In this document: positions 62,640-64,000 of the stretch, piece after piece
Layout of the letters: each line of letters starts with the position of its first letter
Numbering within the stretch: position 1 is the stretch's first letter
Assembly: GCA_002269645.1 (NCBI GenBank)
Contig: NIVC01000214.1
Span: 1-64,000 of the forward strand
DNA length: 64,000 nt
Reading direction: 5' to 3'
Origin: Macrostomum lignano
Lineage: Eukaryota
The notes under the pieces: model-generated
What the model saw: only the letters and a program-made list of their open reading frames with translations
What the model was told of the DNA's origin: nothing
Database searches by the model: none
Position numbers and translations under genes: made by a program

Positions 62640-62723
62640 CCAGCACGGCTACCCGGCAGTCGCAGCCGAGGTCTCCATGGAGATCAAGCGCATCGCTCAG
62701 CGCAATCTCGGCAGAGACGATCG
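62640..62723 (+). CDS. ASNSD1: ASNSD1 exon 9 (gene continues beyond window)
   Basis: QHGYPAVAAEVSMEIKRIAQRNLGRDDR (RNLGRDDR signature); TTCCAG|..CG|GTGAGT, phase 2-2. Confidence 0.9.
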
Positions 62724-63227
62724 GTGAGTTTCCGGGCGCCACTTGTGTCTGTCCGCGTGTTTATAAAAGTGCGGAAACGCGCCAACGATGACAGCTTGTC
62801 CTTGTCCGTTTCTGACCTGCAATTAATAATATGATCAATCCTATGGGAATTTGTGTCCGCCAGTCCCAACTAGCCTATCTTAATCTTGTTGCCAAACCGA
62901 ATGTTATTGATGATGGGCCTCAGCTGCCGCTGCCCACAGAGCCGCCCTTTATCGGGACTGGCGCATCTGTCCCCGCATCGGGGTGGAATGTCAGAAACGC
63001 GGAGCTACGGAAAGCTGCTGCGTTTCTTTGGTGTTTCTCTTGCCGCTTGGTGTGGCCCCATTTTTCTTGTTGGGGGGATAATTTTCCTCAACTCTGCTCT
63101 GCTTCTGCACTTGTCGAGCGCTCGCGATTGCGCCGAGATCAGTCTACGATTGTCAACAACTTTTTTGGAAGCAGCGGTTCTGGGAGCTACCGCAACTCAA
63201 AGCGACATTAGACCCAAAGCAATCAGC

Positions 63228-64000
63228 CATGCCTAGAATGTGTTTCATGTCATCTAGAATGTGTTTCATGTCATCTAGAATGTGTTTCATGTCATCTAGA
63301 ATGTGTTTCATGTCATCTAAAATGTGTTTCATGTCATCTAGAATATGTTTCATATGTCATCTAGAATGTGTTTTATGTCATCTAGAATATGTTTCACGTC
63401 ATCTAGAATGTGTTTCATGTCATCTAGAATGTGTTTCATATGTCATCTAGAATGTGTTTCACGTCATCTAGAATGTGTTTCATATGTCATCTAGAATTTG
63501 TTTCACGTCATCTAGAATGTGTTTCATATGTCATCTAGAATTTGTTTTATGTCATCTAGAATATGTTTCACGTCATCTAGAATGTGTTTCATGTCATCTA
63601 GAATGTGTTTCATATGTCATCTAGAATGTGTTTCACGTCATCTAGAATGTGTTTCATATGTCATCTAGAATTTGTTTCACGTCATCTAGAATGTGTTTCA
63701 TATGTCATCTAGAATTTGTTTTATGTCATCTAGAATATGTTTCACGTCATCTAGAATGTGTTTCATGTCATCTAGAATGTGTTTCATATGTCATCTAGAA
63801 TGTGTTTCATGTCATCTAGAATGTGTTTCATATGTCATCTAGAATATGTTTCACGTCATCTAGAATGTGTTTCATGTCATCTAGAATGTGTTTCATATGT
63901 CATCTAGAATGTGTTTCACGTCATCTAGAATGTGTTTCATGTCATCTAGAATATGTTTCACGTCATCTAGAATGTGTTTCATGTCATCTAGAATGTGTTT
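63228..64000. repeat. 21/23-bp minisatellite TCTAGAATGTGTTTCATGTCA (truncated by window end)
   Basis: About 35 copies. Confidence 0.95.

Overview
Eukaryotic (animal) genomic DNA, not prokaryotic; no CRISPR array, rRNA or intact tRNA was seen. GC-rich exons with poly-Ala/Gln runs sit among dense micro- and minisatellites, roughly 40% of the window by hand tally. This style suggests a flatworm such as Macrostomum (inference only). Six protein-coding genes can be supported. (1) An intronless orphan class A GPCR (7976-9160 +). (2) A two-exon gene for a putative death-fold plus TRADD-N-like protein (19047-17239 -). (3) LYRM1 (23690-24085 +). (4) A GTF3C6/TFIIIC subunit 6 homologue whose exon has no usable ATG (28848-29234 +). 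(5) ASNSD1, nine phase-consistent exons from 32696 to 62723, continuing beyond the window. (6) An NPY/NPF-receptor-like GPCR nested antisense in ASNSD1 intron 8 (about 57418-52296 -). Mobile elements are a CORE-type tRNA-derived SINE, three other tRNA-like B-box heads, a 650-bp MITE with 8-bp TSD, a 749-bp TIR element carrying a frameshifted coiled-coil fragment, and an older MITE. Most long ORFs in the supplied track are artefacts of stop-free tandem repeats. Best leads: the death-fold/TRADD-N-like gene; a TFIIIC binding site just upstream of a TFIIIC subunit exon that may get its start codon from a spliced leader; and minisatellites whose units each carry a canonical transcription-factor motif. 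All family assignments come from remembered motifs, not database searches.
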